Positions 48,281 through 60,500 of a stretch of 64,000 bases of DNA are shown here, one piece after another. Position numbers and translations under genes: made by a program. The stretch lies in contig JAPMXV010000005.1 of NCBI GenBank assembly GCA_026936335.1, positions 124,001-188,000 of the forward strand, written 5' to 3'. The notes below the pieces were generated by a model that searched no databases, was not told the DNA's origin, and saw nothing but the letters and a program-made list of their open reading frames with translations. Source of the stretch: Mantamonas sphyraenae STR306. Taxonomy: Eukaryota > Protista > CRuMs. The stretch's first letter is position 1. Every line of letters starts with the position of its first letter.

Positions 48281-49693
48281 ATGTTCACGCGGCAGTCGAC
48301 AACGCATGCGGGAATTGCTGTCAAAACGGCGGTGGCACAAAGCTTCCGTGGCTTTGCTACGATTGAACTGGGCCACAGCGTGACTGGATTCACGCCCGAA
48401 CAGCAGGAGCTGCATGATTCGGTGCAGACGTTTGCCCAAAAGGAGATTGCCCCGCTGGCAGACGCCATCGATCGCTCCAACGAGTTTCCCATGGAACTGT
48501 GGCCCAAACTGGGTGAGATGGGCTTGCTTGGTGTCACTGCAGACCCCGTACGTGGAGCCCGCGTCCCTGTGTTGGAGGGCTGAACTTTCCCTTTTTGGCT
48601 CTTGGCTGACACCACCTGCGGTGCGGGGTGTGCTTTCTGGCACACACACGCTTTCGTCTCCCTCTCTCTCGTGCCCCCTTTGCCCATTTCCACCATTGCG
48701 CAGAAGTACGGAGGATTGGGCCTCGGGTACACAGACCACGTGGTGGTGTGCGAGGAGATCGCGCGCGCGTCGCCGTCGGTGTCGCTGAGCTATGGAGCAC
48801 ACTCGAACCTTTGTGTGAACCAGCTGGACAACAACGGCACAGAGGCTCAAAAGGCCAAGTATCTGCCAGAGCTGATCGCCGGGCGTGCGGTCGGTGCGTT
48901 GGCCATGAGCGAGGTCGGTTCGGGAAGCGACGTCATGTCGATGAGTCTGCGTGCCACGCAGGACAACGACGGCTCGTACATCCTCAACGGCAACAAGATG
49001 TGGATTACCAACGGACCCGACTGCGACGTGTTGGTGGTGTATGCAAAGACAAGCCCGGAAAAGGGCCCCCACGGTATCACCGCCTTTATCGTCGAGCGTG
49101 GCATGGCTGGATTCTCCTCTGGCACCAAACTCGACAAGTTGGGCAACCGAGGATCCAACACCAGCGAGCTGATCTTTGAAGACTGTCGTGTGCCTGCAGA
49201 AAACGTGCTTGGCAAACACGACCGCGGCGTGGCTGTGCTCATGAGTGGTCTCGATCTTGAGCGCCTTGTGCTGTCCGCCATGGGCGGAGGCATCATGCAA
49301 GCCTGCATGGATGTCGTCCTGCCCTACGTCAACGAGCGCAAGCAGTTTGGTCAACCCATCGGCAATTTCCAGCTCATGCAGGGCAAGCTTGCCGACATGT
49401 ACACCGCCCTCAACTCCTCTCGTGCCTATCTGTACTCTGTGGCACGTGCATGTGATCAGGGACACGTCAATGCCATGGACTGCGCCGGTGTTTGTCTCTT
49501 TGTCGCCGAGAATGCCACTCGTGTCACTCTCCAGGCCATCCAGGCCCTCGGAGGCGCAGGTTACACCAATGACTATCCCGTTGGCCGTCTCTTGCGTGAC
49601 GCAAAGCTTGGTGAGATTGGCGGCGGCACGGTGGAGATTCGCCGAATGATTGTCGCTCGTGGACTCGCTGCCAAGTGGGAAGGGATGCAGTGA
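48281..49693 (+). CDS. IVD: Isovaleryl-CoA dehydrogenase, mitochondrial
   Basis: Mitochondrial-like leader; [81 protein letters not shown]. Intron 48548-48703. Confidence 0.95.
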
Positions 49694-49819
49694 TTTTCCT
49701 GTTGTGGTGGTGTGGCTCTAAGCATGCACGTCAGCATGATGCGGAGCATGTGTGTGGTGTGTGTGTCTTGGTGGACAGAAAAAACACCCAAGTTCATTCC
49801 AACACCCCCCTGCTCTTCT

Positions 49820-51902
49820 CTAGGCCAACGATCCTGTCAGAATCTCACCCTCACCGGCTCCATACACCTCCAGCATGTTTTGAAGACGTTCAACAATCCA
49901 GTCTATGTCTGGGCGTTCCTCGGGCTCCTCGTGGAAGCACATTTCGATGATTTCGACATAGTCCGCTGGGGTGGCCTCTGGAATGAGGTCGATGCTGGGT
50001 TTGTGCTTAAACTCGCACACGAGACGAGGAATACGCCAGGCCTCGACGTCGTCAAAGGGCTGGCGTCCGGTCATGATCTCCCAGTACAAGCAGCCCAGAG
50101 AGTACACGTCTGCCTTTTCGCTGTATGCAGCAGGGGAGCGGATGAGCTCGGGGGCCGTCCAGTTGACAGTGCCTCGGTGGCGTGTGGCCGTGTTGAAACG
50201 CTCTTCGGTGGTGAGATCGGTGCGTCGAGCATCGCCAAAGTCGGCCAGCTTGAGGGTCCACGAGTCGTCGATGAGGCAGTTGAGACTCTTGACGTCCAAA
50301 TGGCAGATGGCCGGGGTTTGGATGTGGAGGAATTGCAGGGCCAGGGCAATGTCCAGACTGAACTGCAGCCTGCGCTGCATGCTCATCTTGCGAAAGGCGT
50401 TCTTCTTCTTGCGCATGTACTGGAACAGGGAACCGCGTGGCATGTACTCCATGATGAGCACCAGGTTGGGTGGCAGGATGCAGATGCCGTACACTTTCAC
50501 CACGTTGGGATGTTGCAACTGGAAGGACATCTCGATTTCCCGCACAAACTTGCGCACCTCGTCCTTGCTCAACACCTTCATGGCAAACTGCTTCACTGCC
50601 ACCTGTGTGCGTCCGTCCATCAGGCCACTGTACACCTTGGATGTGGCGCCCCTGCCGATCAGTTCGTGCAGACGGATGCGCGAAAAGTCGATGATGGGCA
50701 CCGCCGGCAGGTCCAGCTCCTTGGCCACCAGCAGAGGCTGGCTTGTGTCTGCCTCCAAATCCTCCTCCTCCTCGCTGCTCTCTGACGATTGGATGGAGCC
50801 CTTGAAGCCCACCCGCTTGCCCTTTCCCTTCTTCTTTGCGTCTGCGCGAGCCTTGACCTTGGCCTTGTTTGGGCCCGCGGCCATGATGCGCTTCCGTGTG
50901 GCCGAGTCCTGCACGGCCTGCTCGGCCTTTTCCAGCTGACCCTCGTGGGCGGTGGCCCATTCGGCGACCATGTTGCGCCAAAAGTTGCTGTCTGCGCGCA
51001 GGGTAATGTACAGCACAAAGGGCCAGAGGAGGTAGGCGAGCTCGGCGACCATGTTCACGCAACCGGCGGCACGCACGCCGTAGAAGAGCATGAGGTCGGA
51101 GGCAGAGTAGGAGACAAAGACGACAAACACGTAGAGATTGTACAGGTGGACGCGGTTGTTGGAGGTGCGTGGGTAGGCGCGGTAGCGGTTGTGCAGGAGC
51201 AGCACAAGGTACACAAAGGACACCACCAGGTCGTGGGACAACCAGTAGTTGATGGACAGGCCTGTGACCCCTTCCGACAATTGGGACATGCTGCTGAACC
51301 AAAAGTCAAAGCCCAGCAGTGCCTCCAGCAGGCACCACAGCACGCCAAACGCAAGCGTCCGGTGGATGGCCTGCGTGCCCGCCGACCGCTGGCCCAGAAA
51401 GATGGCCACTCCTTCGCGCAGGCCGGAAATCACAGAGTTTAACAACACCCAGTTTACGATGCCGTACAGCAGTGTGTCTGTGGGAATGAAAATAAGGGCT
51501 GTGGGTCTGTGTGTCAGTCGCGAGCGGCGAGGGAAAGGGCCATGGCGTCGCTGCTGCGCGCTGGTCACACACACCACGCCAAGGACGGACGTCGTGCATT
51601 CTCCGCACCGCACGCCTGTGGGCTCACACACTGGGCCTCTACGTACCTCCGGCACGCATGATCAGGAGCATGACTGCCACCTTGAGCAGGGTGAAGTAGA
51701 TGGGAAACACGAGCACGTCCGTCTCCTCCAGTTTGCCGCGCACGCTCAGTTGGAACGCTCGGTTGATTTTGTACAAGATGAAGAACGAGCCCACCAGCAG
51801 AGCGCCTGCCGCGTATGGCATGGCGTTGTTGACGGTGAAGCTGAGACACTCGATGTCTGCCAGCGGCGTCTTTGTCAACGGTTTCTCCGTGGTGCTGGAC
51901 AT
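49820..51902 (-). CDS. Seven-transmembrane protein fused to a TKL-group protein kinase
   Basis: Seven hydrophobic segments ending WPFVLYITLRADSNFW; kinase motifs IGRGATSKVY, VAVK, HLDVKSLN, DFG, GTVNWTAPE, DVYSLG. Probable intron 51478-51646. Confidence 0.85.
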
Positions 51903-52083
51903 GGCGAAGAGATGCCTTTTTGGCCAAGCAGTCGCCGAGCCCTCTTCTCCCTCCTGTCTTCCCATCACTCATCACTCGGGACCCAGGGACGGGGAATCTT
52001 TGCCCTTCAATCACTGTTGCGGTTTTTGAATTGCATTGCTCTGCCATCCATCCATCCATCCATTCCATTCCCCTCTCTCTTCC

Positions 52084-54360
52084 TTACATTCCCGGGTACC
52101 CACCCTGCTCACGCTGCCTGGGAGCGCTCTTGAGGATGCTGTCCACACGCAGCACCATCTCTGCGGCCTCGCTGGCACTGATGAGGATCTGCTTCTTGAC
52201 GCGGAAGCTCTCTGTGATGCCCAGCTCCTCCATATCGCCCACCTTGCCCTGCATCATGTCCAGGCCCGCGGTGGTGTTGCCGTCGTAGTGTGCTGCCTTG
52301 AGTTCGGTCACCAGCTGCGACGAATCGTATCCTGCGTTGTCCGCAATGATGGCCGGGATGCGAGCCAGTGCGGTGGAAAACGCCTCCATGGCAATGGCCT
52401 TCTTGCCCGGGGTCTTGGCCGCAGCCTCGCTGATGGCCTTGCCCATGATCATCTCGGAGCAGCCACCACCCAGCACCACACGCGTCTCCTTGATCATCTG
52501 CTGCAGCACACACAGTGCGTCGTGCAGCGAGCGCTCGGCCTCCTCCAGCATGTGGTGCGAGCCACCGCGCAGCACCACCGTGCACGCCTCCTTCTTGGAG
52601 CAGCCGCCAAAGCGCAGCAGCGTGTCCTCACCCACCATCACCTCCTCGATCACGTCGCACTCGCCCAGCACCACGTTCTCCGGGTCGTCAAACGTCGACA
52701 CAATCTCGCCGCCCGTCACACGCGCCAGGCGTTCCACACCCTCAAAGTCCGCGTGTTCAATCGTGCTCACGCCGCTCTCCCACAGAATCTGCTCGGGGTA
52801 GTTGTAGATCAGCTGGCGGTTGATAAACACGTTGCACCCGTGCGCAATGATCTTGTCGCACTTGTTCTTCATCTTGCGCTTCTCCGCCTTCTCAATGTCC
52901 GCCAGCTTCTGCGTGCTGTCCACACGCACGCGCAGACCAAAGATCTTGATCTTGTCTGTGTCCATCGGCGTGTTGGCCACCAGGATCTTGGCGTTCTCCA
53001 GGCGCTTCGGCTGCCCAACCCCAAACTTCTTGCCCAGCAGGAATCCCTCCTCCAGGTACGAGTCCGACAGCGTGCCTCCGCGAATCTTGATGATGTGGAT
53101 GTTTTCCAGGTCGGCGTAGCCGTTGACGGCCACGCGCAGGATGGCGTCCACAGCAAGCTCCGCAAAGTACTGCCCGCTGCTCGTCAGAATCTTCGAGCTC
53201 AGCGTCGTCTTGGCAATGTTGATCAGATCCTGCTTGAATGCCTCCTGCACATCTCCGTTGTCCTTGGCCACTGCCTCCAGTGCCTTGCGTGCCTCCAGGC
53301 CAGCCAAGCGCCACCCGGCAATGATTGTCTGCGGGTGGATCTTCTGCTGCACCAGCTTCTCCGCCTCACGCAGCAGCTCGCCCGCAAGCACGCACACAGA
53401 CGTCGTTCCGTCGCCCACCTCGTCGTCTTGCACCTTGCTGATGTCCACCAGCACCTTGGCTGCTGCGTTGTCCACGTAGATGCTCTTCAGGATCGTTGCC
53501 CCGTCGTTCGTCACCTCCATCGACTGTGCGTTCGACATCGACTGCAGGATCTTGTCCTGTGGTCCCACAGCACGCGGTTTCGTGGGTTATTGTGTGTGTG
53601 TGTGTGTGTGTGCGTCGTACGCGTCAGCGCCTGGCCTTTGCAGCTCTGTGCATGCGCGCCTACTCTCGCCATGCACATAACATGCATTTGTGACGCATGT
53701 TCACACACGCATGCGTGCTCCATGCGTCCGTGCTGTCGTATGCCCATGGATTGCGCCTTTCATGTCCACGCTGTGTGCGTGTACAGGCTCGCCACGGTGC
53801 CACTTTCCGTGTTGCGCGCCAAAAAACGCGCGTCCGGCTCGCAACACGCCCAACACACAACTTACCATTCCCTTCGGGCCCAGTGTCGTCTTGACCAGGT
53901 CCGAGATGGCAATGGCGCCCACAAAGGATTGCTGGAAAGAGCGTGTGACGCGTGTGTGTCGTGTGAGCCTCGTTGTTCAGCCCAGCCGCGCCCTGCAATT
54001 CGCAGATGAAGGAGGGCCAACCCTTGCTTTGTCTGCCCTACGCCTCTTTGAGCAATTCTACTCGCTTCACACATGCACGTGGCCACTTACCAGACGTGCG
54101 TTCTCGCCCTTGTCCTGCTCGGACTGTTCGTTGAATGTCTGCACGGGTTGGTAGGTCGACTGCAAGGGTGATGTGTGGCGCGCCTCGAGTCAGTTTTCCC
54201 GCGCCGGATCCCCCGTGTGCCCCGTCGCCCTGGAGACGCATGCGCCACGCAGCACACATGTTCGTTCCACTGAGCCTCGCCCCACGTGTTTGTACAGCAC
54301 ATTATCGTGCTGCCATGGGTGTGTGTGTGGAGTCTCTCGTCGTTGGGGCCAACTCACCAT
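52084..54360 (-). CDS. CCT2: T-complex protein 1 subunit beta (CCT-beta)
   Basis: GENARL|[22 protein letters not shown]|[54 protein letters not shown]. The first coding exon appears to be ATG alone (54360-54358, then GTGAGT). Confidence 0.95.
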
Positions 54361-54573
54361 CTGGACAACGGCAGGAAACGCATGGTCGCATGATCAGCGG
54401 CGTCCCACGCGCATACACACACGCACACGCCGCAACACGCCAACCATAGGTGAGCACACGTGTCAGTGTCCTATCCCCACGCTCAATCTCGTCACATAGA
54501 ACCCATCCTCGTTTCATAAAACGCACAGTTTGTTTTCGATGGCGGCCTGCGGGCATGCCTCGCACTCCTCTCA

Positions 54574-57500
54574 TCATCCACTCTTCCGGTTGCCCCTGGA
54601 CTCCAGTTCACTTGCAGAGCTCATCCCTGCGCTGACAGACCTACGCATGGCCTTGTCGGCTGCGTCGGATGGGGTCTTTGTGTCGTCGCCTTCGCTGAGT
54701 CTCCGCACCCCAAGCCTCTGCATGGGCACCATTTCGCCCGATTCCGTCTCGTCTACGTCCTGCATTTCCATGTCGTTTGTGTTTCTGCTCCTGGACTTGC
54801 GCAGGGCTGCGCCGATGCCTCGTCCGCCGTCGCCGCGCACGTCGCCCGTGCTCGACGACGATCCGGCCCGGTTCACCACGAAGCTCTTTGCCTTTTCACG
54901 CCTGTCGATGCGCGCCTGTTCCACTTTGTTGCGTGTGGCACAGCCGATGCGGTGGCAGAAAAACTCGTTGCGCGACTCGTGCTCCAGATCCAGAAAGTTC
55001 AGCAGCTCCACCGCCAGCTGTTGGTTCACCCTGTCGGCCAGTGTGGCACGCATGAACCAAGCAAGAAATTCGCTCAACGCTGCGGGCTTCACGTACGTAA
55101 AGATCAGCTGCAATGAGTCCAGAATCAGCTCGTCCTCATGCGTAAACTTGTCTGCCAGCTTGCGACGATCCACCTTGCCTGCCCCGCGCTGCGAGAACCG
55201 CGTGGCCATGTCGATGAACTGCGAAATCTCATTGCACAGCTCCACAATCTCCTCGCGTTGCCAGTCTTCGCTCTCCTCCAGCAGGCCCGCAACCTCCTCC
55301 AGGTAGTCCCGTTCGATAAAGTGGATGCCCACCATGTTCGAGCGGTACTTGCGCACGTACAGTGCCGTCTTGATGTCCAACACCACGTACATCGCGATGG
55401 TGCACATGCAAATCAGGATCAGCACGATGTTCACCACCGTCAACGCAGCCTTGAACGTTTCGTTGCCCGACAGCGACAGATACAACACGCCACTGAACAG
55501 CGTCACAAAATTGCTCACCAGCAGCAGACTCTCCATGCGATCGTAGTTGGTGCTCTCATACGGACGTGCGTACACGTGCAGCATCACAGAGGTAAACAGG
55601 ATCGCAATGCCCAGGAGCACGCCTTCCAGCGGCCGCGACGTGAGCATCACCTGCACACCCAGCAAACCCAGCTTGCGCATTTGCACAGACACCTCCCACC
55701 AGTAGAACGCATGTTCAAAGCGGATGTACAGCGCGCCGTACCGCTGGGAGAAGGTCGGATTCCACAGCCGATGCCTGTTCAGTGACAGGAAGACAAGGAT
55801 GCCCACGGGGATGCCAATGACGTACACAATCATGCCCAGAATGGCAGGGACGAAAAGAGGGCCGTACTGGGCGTCGGTAGACGTGCACTGGATGCTGGGT
55901 TCGGCGTCCATGTAGCGAAGCCCATCGCCCGGGTTGGTTGTGCAATCCCAGTACTCAAGCACATACTGGACCATAAACGTGTACGACAGCGTGACAAAGA
56001 GGAAAAACGCAGAAAAGGCCCCGGTGATGGTGCGGTCGAGGTCGCTGGGACGGACGAGCGGCTCCACCCACCACCAGCGCAGACGGTCTCTCCACGAAGG
56101 CACCTCGCCCTCGTCCACGTTGACCCTATCCCACGGGTTGACGTAGATGTGCGGGTACTTCTCCACGAGTGAGGGACCCCAGGTGTCGGCCACCTTGCCA
56201 CGCACCCACGACACAAACAGGGTAAAGAGCATGAGCACGAAAAAGGCCAGCGGGATGCACACAGCAATCAGCCATTTGGTCTGCCAGTTCCACTCGATGC
56301 TGCACTCCGGGTGTGCCAGCTCGATGTTCAGGTTGAAGATGGACAGCATATTGAACAGCTCCAGCAGCTCCGTCGGCCAGTTCACCTTGAACAGCTTGAA
56401 GATGCCCATGATTTGCACGTACGTGGTGGCCACGGTGATCACACCAAACGCCTGTCTGTACCGTGCCAACTTGATCAGCAGCGGCGCGAGCAGGGCAAAG
56501 GCAATGCAGAACACAATCAGCGTCAGCGTCTGGTCGTTTTCGGGACACGCAAAACACTGGCCGTCCAGGCGGTAGAAGCGAGGGGAACAGCTTGAGCATT
56601 GGCGTCCTGTGTAGCCTGTGTTGCACGAAGCCACGCCTCCGGGGCACGCTGCAGCCGGCTGACATTGGAACACTTGATCCGGCCGGTCCGATGCAAACCA
56701 GTAACCCTGCGTTGCCAGCGGCAGACTCATGCCCAGGTTGGGGCAGTTTGTGTTTGCCGGACACGCCGTACAGGCTTGACCGGTGCCGTAGAAGCCCACC
56801 TGGCAGATGCACGCGCTCAGGGTGCTTGCGGCTGGCTGTTCCGTGATCGTGTTTGCAGGACACTCTGTGCACACCACCGACGCCGTCGTGGTGGCGTATG
56901 TGCCCTGTGCACAATCCGTGCAACGTGTGCCGTTGGTGGCAAACGTGCCCACAGCGCATGCCGAGCAGGTGGCGGTGCCAAATGCGCCTGCCACACGTCC
57001 CGAGGTGCACGCCGAGCACGACGTCGCCCCTGTTTTGGGTTGTTCCTCGCCAAGACCACATCCAATGCACGCCGTCTGGCCCGTAGACGGCTGGTAGGTG
57101 CCTGCCTCGCAGGCAGAGCATGCCTGTGCGCCCAGCTGGCCACTGAATGTGCCCACGGCACAGTCGTCGCACGCAAACCCACCCAGTCCAGATTGGAACT
57201 TGCCACGGTCGCACAGAGCACAGGCTGTGGATCCGAGCGTGGCGCTGATCTTGCCCGCCTCGCACTGTGTGCAAACCTGCGCCGTGGTGGCACCCGTGGC
57301 TGCGGAAAAGGTGCCCACGGGGCATTGTGTGCACTGCGACGCATTCACACCCGGGCTCACAGTGATGTATGTGCCCGCGGGACACGTGATGCACGTTGCA
57401 GATGACGACGCTCCCGTGGCCTCGGAGTATGTGCCAGCGCCACATTTGGTGCACACGGTTATGCTTGTGGCACCCAGCGCGGTGGCAAACGTACCAGCGG

Positions 57501-60500
57501 GGCAGTCTGTGCATCGCGACAGACCTGTGCGGTCTGCATACTTGCCTGCGGGACAGGAAAGGCACACGGCGTTGCTCGTGCCTCCACCGGACGAGGCAAA
57601 CGTGCCCAGCGAGCAGTTTGTGCACACAGAGGCGTCGCCTGTGGAGTATGTGCCCGGGGCGCACGTGAGACACTGCGTGGCCACACTGGCACCAGGCGAG
57701 GGCCCAAATGTGCCTGCGTCACACGCCAGACACGAACTCGACCCTTGCACAAACTGTGAGAATTTGCCGGCGGCGCAGGTCACACAAAAGGACTCGTTGA
57801 ACGCCTTGACGGTGGTGCTGAAAGTGCCTCCAGGACACAGGGTGCAGTTCTGCCCGCCTTGCACTGCGTACTGGCCCAACGGACACTCGTTGCACGATTG
57901 CGTGCCAGGCGGGTTGTAGAATCCGAGCGGACACGGACCGCAGCTGGTGGCACCGTTGAAGGAAAACTCGCCTGGGATGCAGGTTTGGCACGTGGCATTG
58001 CTAACAGCCTCCACCTGCGTGCTGAACGTGCCAGCGGAACAATCCGTGCACGCGGTGAGGGATGTGCCTTGGCCAAACTTGCCTGCTGCGCACAGCTCGC
58101 ACACAGTCTTACCCGCACTGGCTTGGAAGCGTCCAAGGCTGCACGGTGTGCACCCTGAACTGCCCGTCCTGTTTGCAAACGTACCCTGCGAGCATGGCGT
58201 ACACTGCGATGCCTGCGCAAGCGAAAAGGTGCCTGTGGCACAGGGCGTACAGCTACTGGTGCCCGTCACGTTGGCAAACGTCCCTGCCGTGCACGCGACG
58301 CACACCGTGTCGTTGTCGGCGCCAATCACAGACGAGGCCGTGGCCAAGGGACAATCCAGACACGAAGACGCCTGTGTGCGGTTGCCATACTTGCCTGCTG
58401 CACACAGCGTGCACGCAGAGGCACCACCCAGCGAGAACGTGGCCGTGGGACAGGGCAGACAGCTGCTCTGGCCTTCGGCACCCTGGTAGAAGCCCTCAGG
58501 GCACGGGGAACAATCGGCCACCGTTTTGGAGCCGTTGAGAGAGTGAGAGGTACCCGCCGGGCACAGGTGGCATGCACTCTGCCCTGTGCTGTTGGCAAAC
58601 GTGCCCACTCCACAGAGGGTGCATGTGCCGCTGCCTGCGCTGGGCGAGAACGAACCTTCGGGGCAGCGTTGGCAGGTGCTTGCGTTGCTGCCGCTAAACT
58701 CGCCTGCTTTGCACACCTCACATGCGGTGTAGTTGCCTCCAGTGCCAGTAAACTCACCCTGGTTGCACACCTCGCATGCAGTGAGGCCGCTGCGGCTTGC
58801 ATACTGGCCCTCGTTGCATACAAAGCAGCTGCCCTGGCCCTGCTGGGTCTGAGCAAGTCCGCTGGCACACAGAGTGCACTGTGACAACCCGGTGGTGGCC
58901 GCGATTGTTCCTTCCAGGCAATTCGAGCACGAAGACAAGCCTGCTGTCGCTGCAATGGAGCCCACGCTGCACGGGGTGCACGACGTCACGTTGACCGCAT
59001 CTGATGCAGCCACCGTACCAGCGTCACACAGCAAACACTGCGAAAGGCCTGTTGTGTTTGCAAAGCGGCCGTTGCTGCACGAAAGGCAAGCACCTTGCCC
59101 AGCCTCCGGCTGAGCTTGGCCGATTGCACACGGCGTACATGTCGACAAGCCCGTGGTGGGGGCATACGAGCCGGCTGTGCAGTTTGTACACTGTGCCGCC
59201 TTGGTTGCTGACACAGAGCCCACAGCACATGGAGTGCACGAGCTTGCGTTGACTCCAAGCGGGGCAAATGAACCAGCTTCGCATTCGAGGCACTGTGTCA
59301 TCCCTGTAACGTTTGCAAACAAGCCCGCGTTGCAGCCAAGGCATCCACTCTGACCCTCTGCAGGCTGAGCAGTGCCAGCTGCGCACAGCGTGCATGCTTC
59401 GGCATTGCCAGTTGCGTACGAGCCAGCAGAGCAGGGGTAGCACCCAGACAGCCCCGTTGTGTTGGCAAACGAGCCTGCGGGGCACCCGAAGCACTGTGTG
59501 GCGTTGATGGGTGAGTAGCTACCAGCAGAGCATGGCAAGCAGTTGGGTGTGCCTGTGACGTTTGCATATGTGCCTGCGGGACATCCAGTGCAGGTCGATT
59601 GGCCGGACAGCGGTTGCTCCTCGCCCACGGAGCATGGAGTGCACACGGTGGCCTTTGCAAGCGAGTAGCTGCCTGCAGAGCACTGTGTGCAGTTGGCGGT
59701 GCCAGTTGTGTTGGCATACTTTCCGGCTGCGCATCCTGTGCACGAGGATTGCCCGGGTAGCGGTTGTTCTTCACCGAGGGAACACAGCGTGCAGTTCGTG
59801 GCATTCTGAGATGAGAAGCTGCCTGCAGTGCACACACTGCATTGAGATGCCCCCAATGCGGGAGAGAATGTACCCGCGTTGCAGCCAAGGCATCCGCTCT
59901 GACCCTCTGCAGGCTGGGCAGTGCCAGCTGCGCACAGCGTGCATGCTTCGGCATTGCCAGTTGCGTACGAGCCAGCAGAGCAGGGGTAGCACCCAGACAG
60001 CCCCGTTGTGTTGGCAAACGAGCCTGCGGGGCACCCGAAGCACTGTGTGGCGTTGATGGGTGAGTAGCTACCAGCAGAGCATGGCAAGCAGTTGGGTGTG
60101 CCTGTGGCATTTGCATATGTGCCTGCGGGACATCCAGTGCAGGTCGATTGGCCGGACAGCGGTTGCTCCTCGCCCACGGAGCATGGAGTGCACACTGTGG
60201 CCTTTGCAAGCGAGTAGCTGCCTGCAGAGCACTGTGTGCAGTTGGCGGTGCCAGTTGTGTTGGCATACTTTCCGGCTGCGCATCCTGTGCACGAGGATTG
60301 CCCGGGTAGCGGTTGTTCTTCACCGAGGGAACACAGCGTGCAGTTCGTGGCATTCTGAGATGAGAAGCTGCCTGCAGTGCACACACTGCATTGAGATGCC
60401 CCCAATGCGGGAGAGAATGTACCCGCGTTGCAGCCAAGGCATCCGCTCTGACCCTCTGCAGGCTGGGCAGTGCCAGCTGCGCACAGCGTGCATGCTTCGG

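Noticed and set aside
53591-53612. (GT)n/(CA)n and (CTG)n microsatellites (also ~11315-11360, ~14720, ~41680-41710)
   Set aside because: Ordinary intronic or poly-Ser low-complexity tracts.
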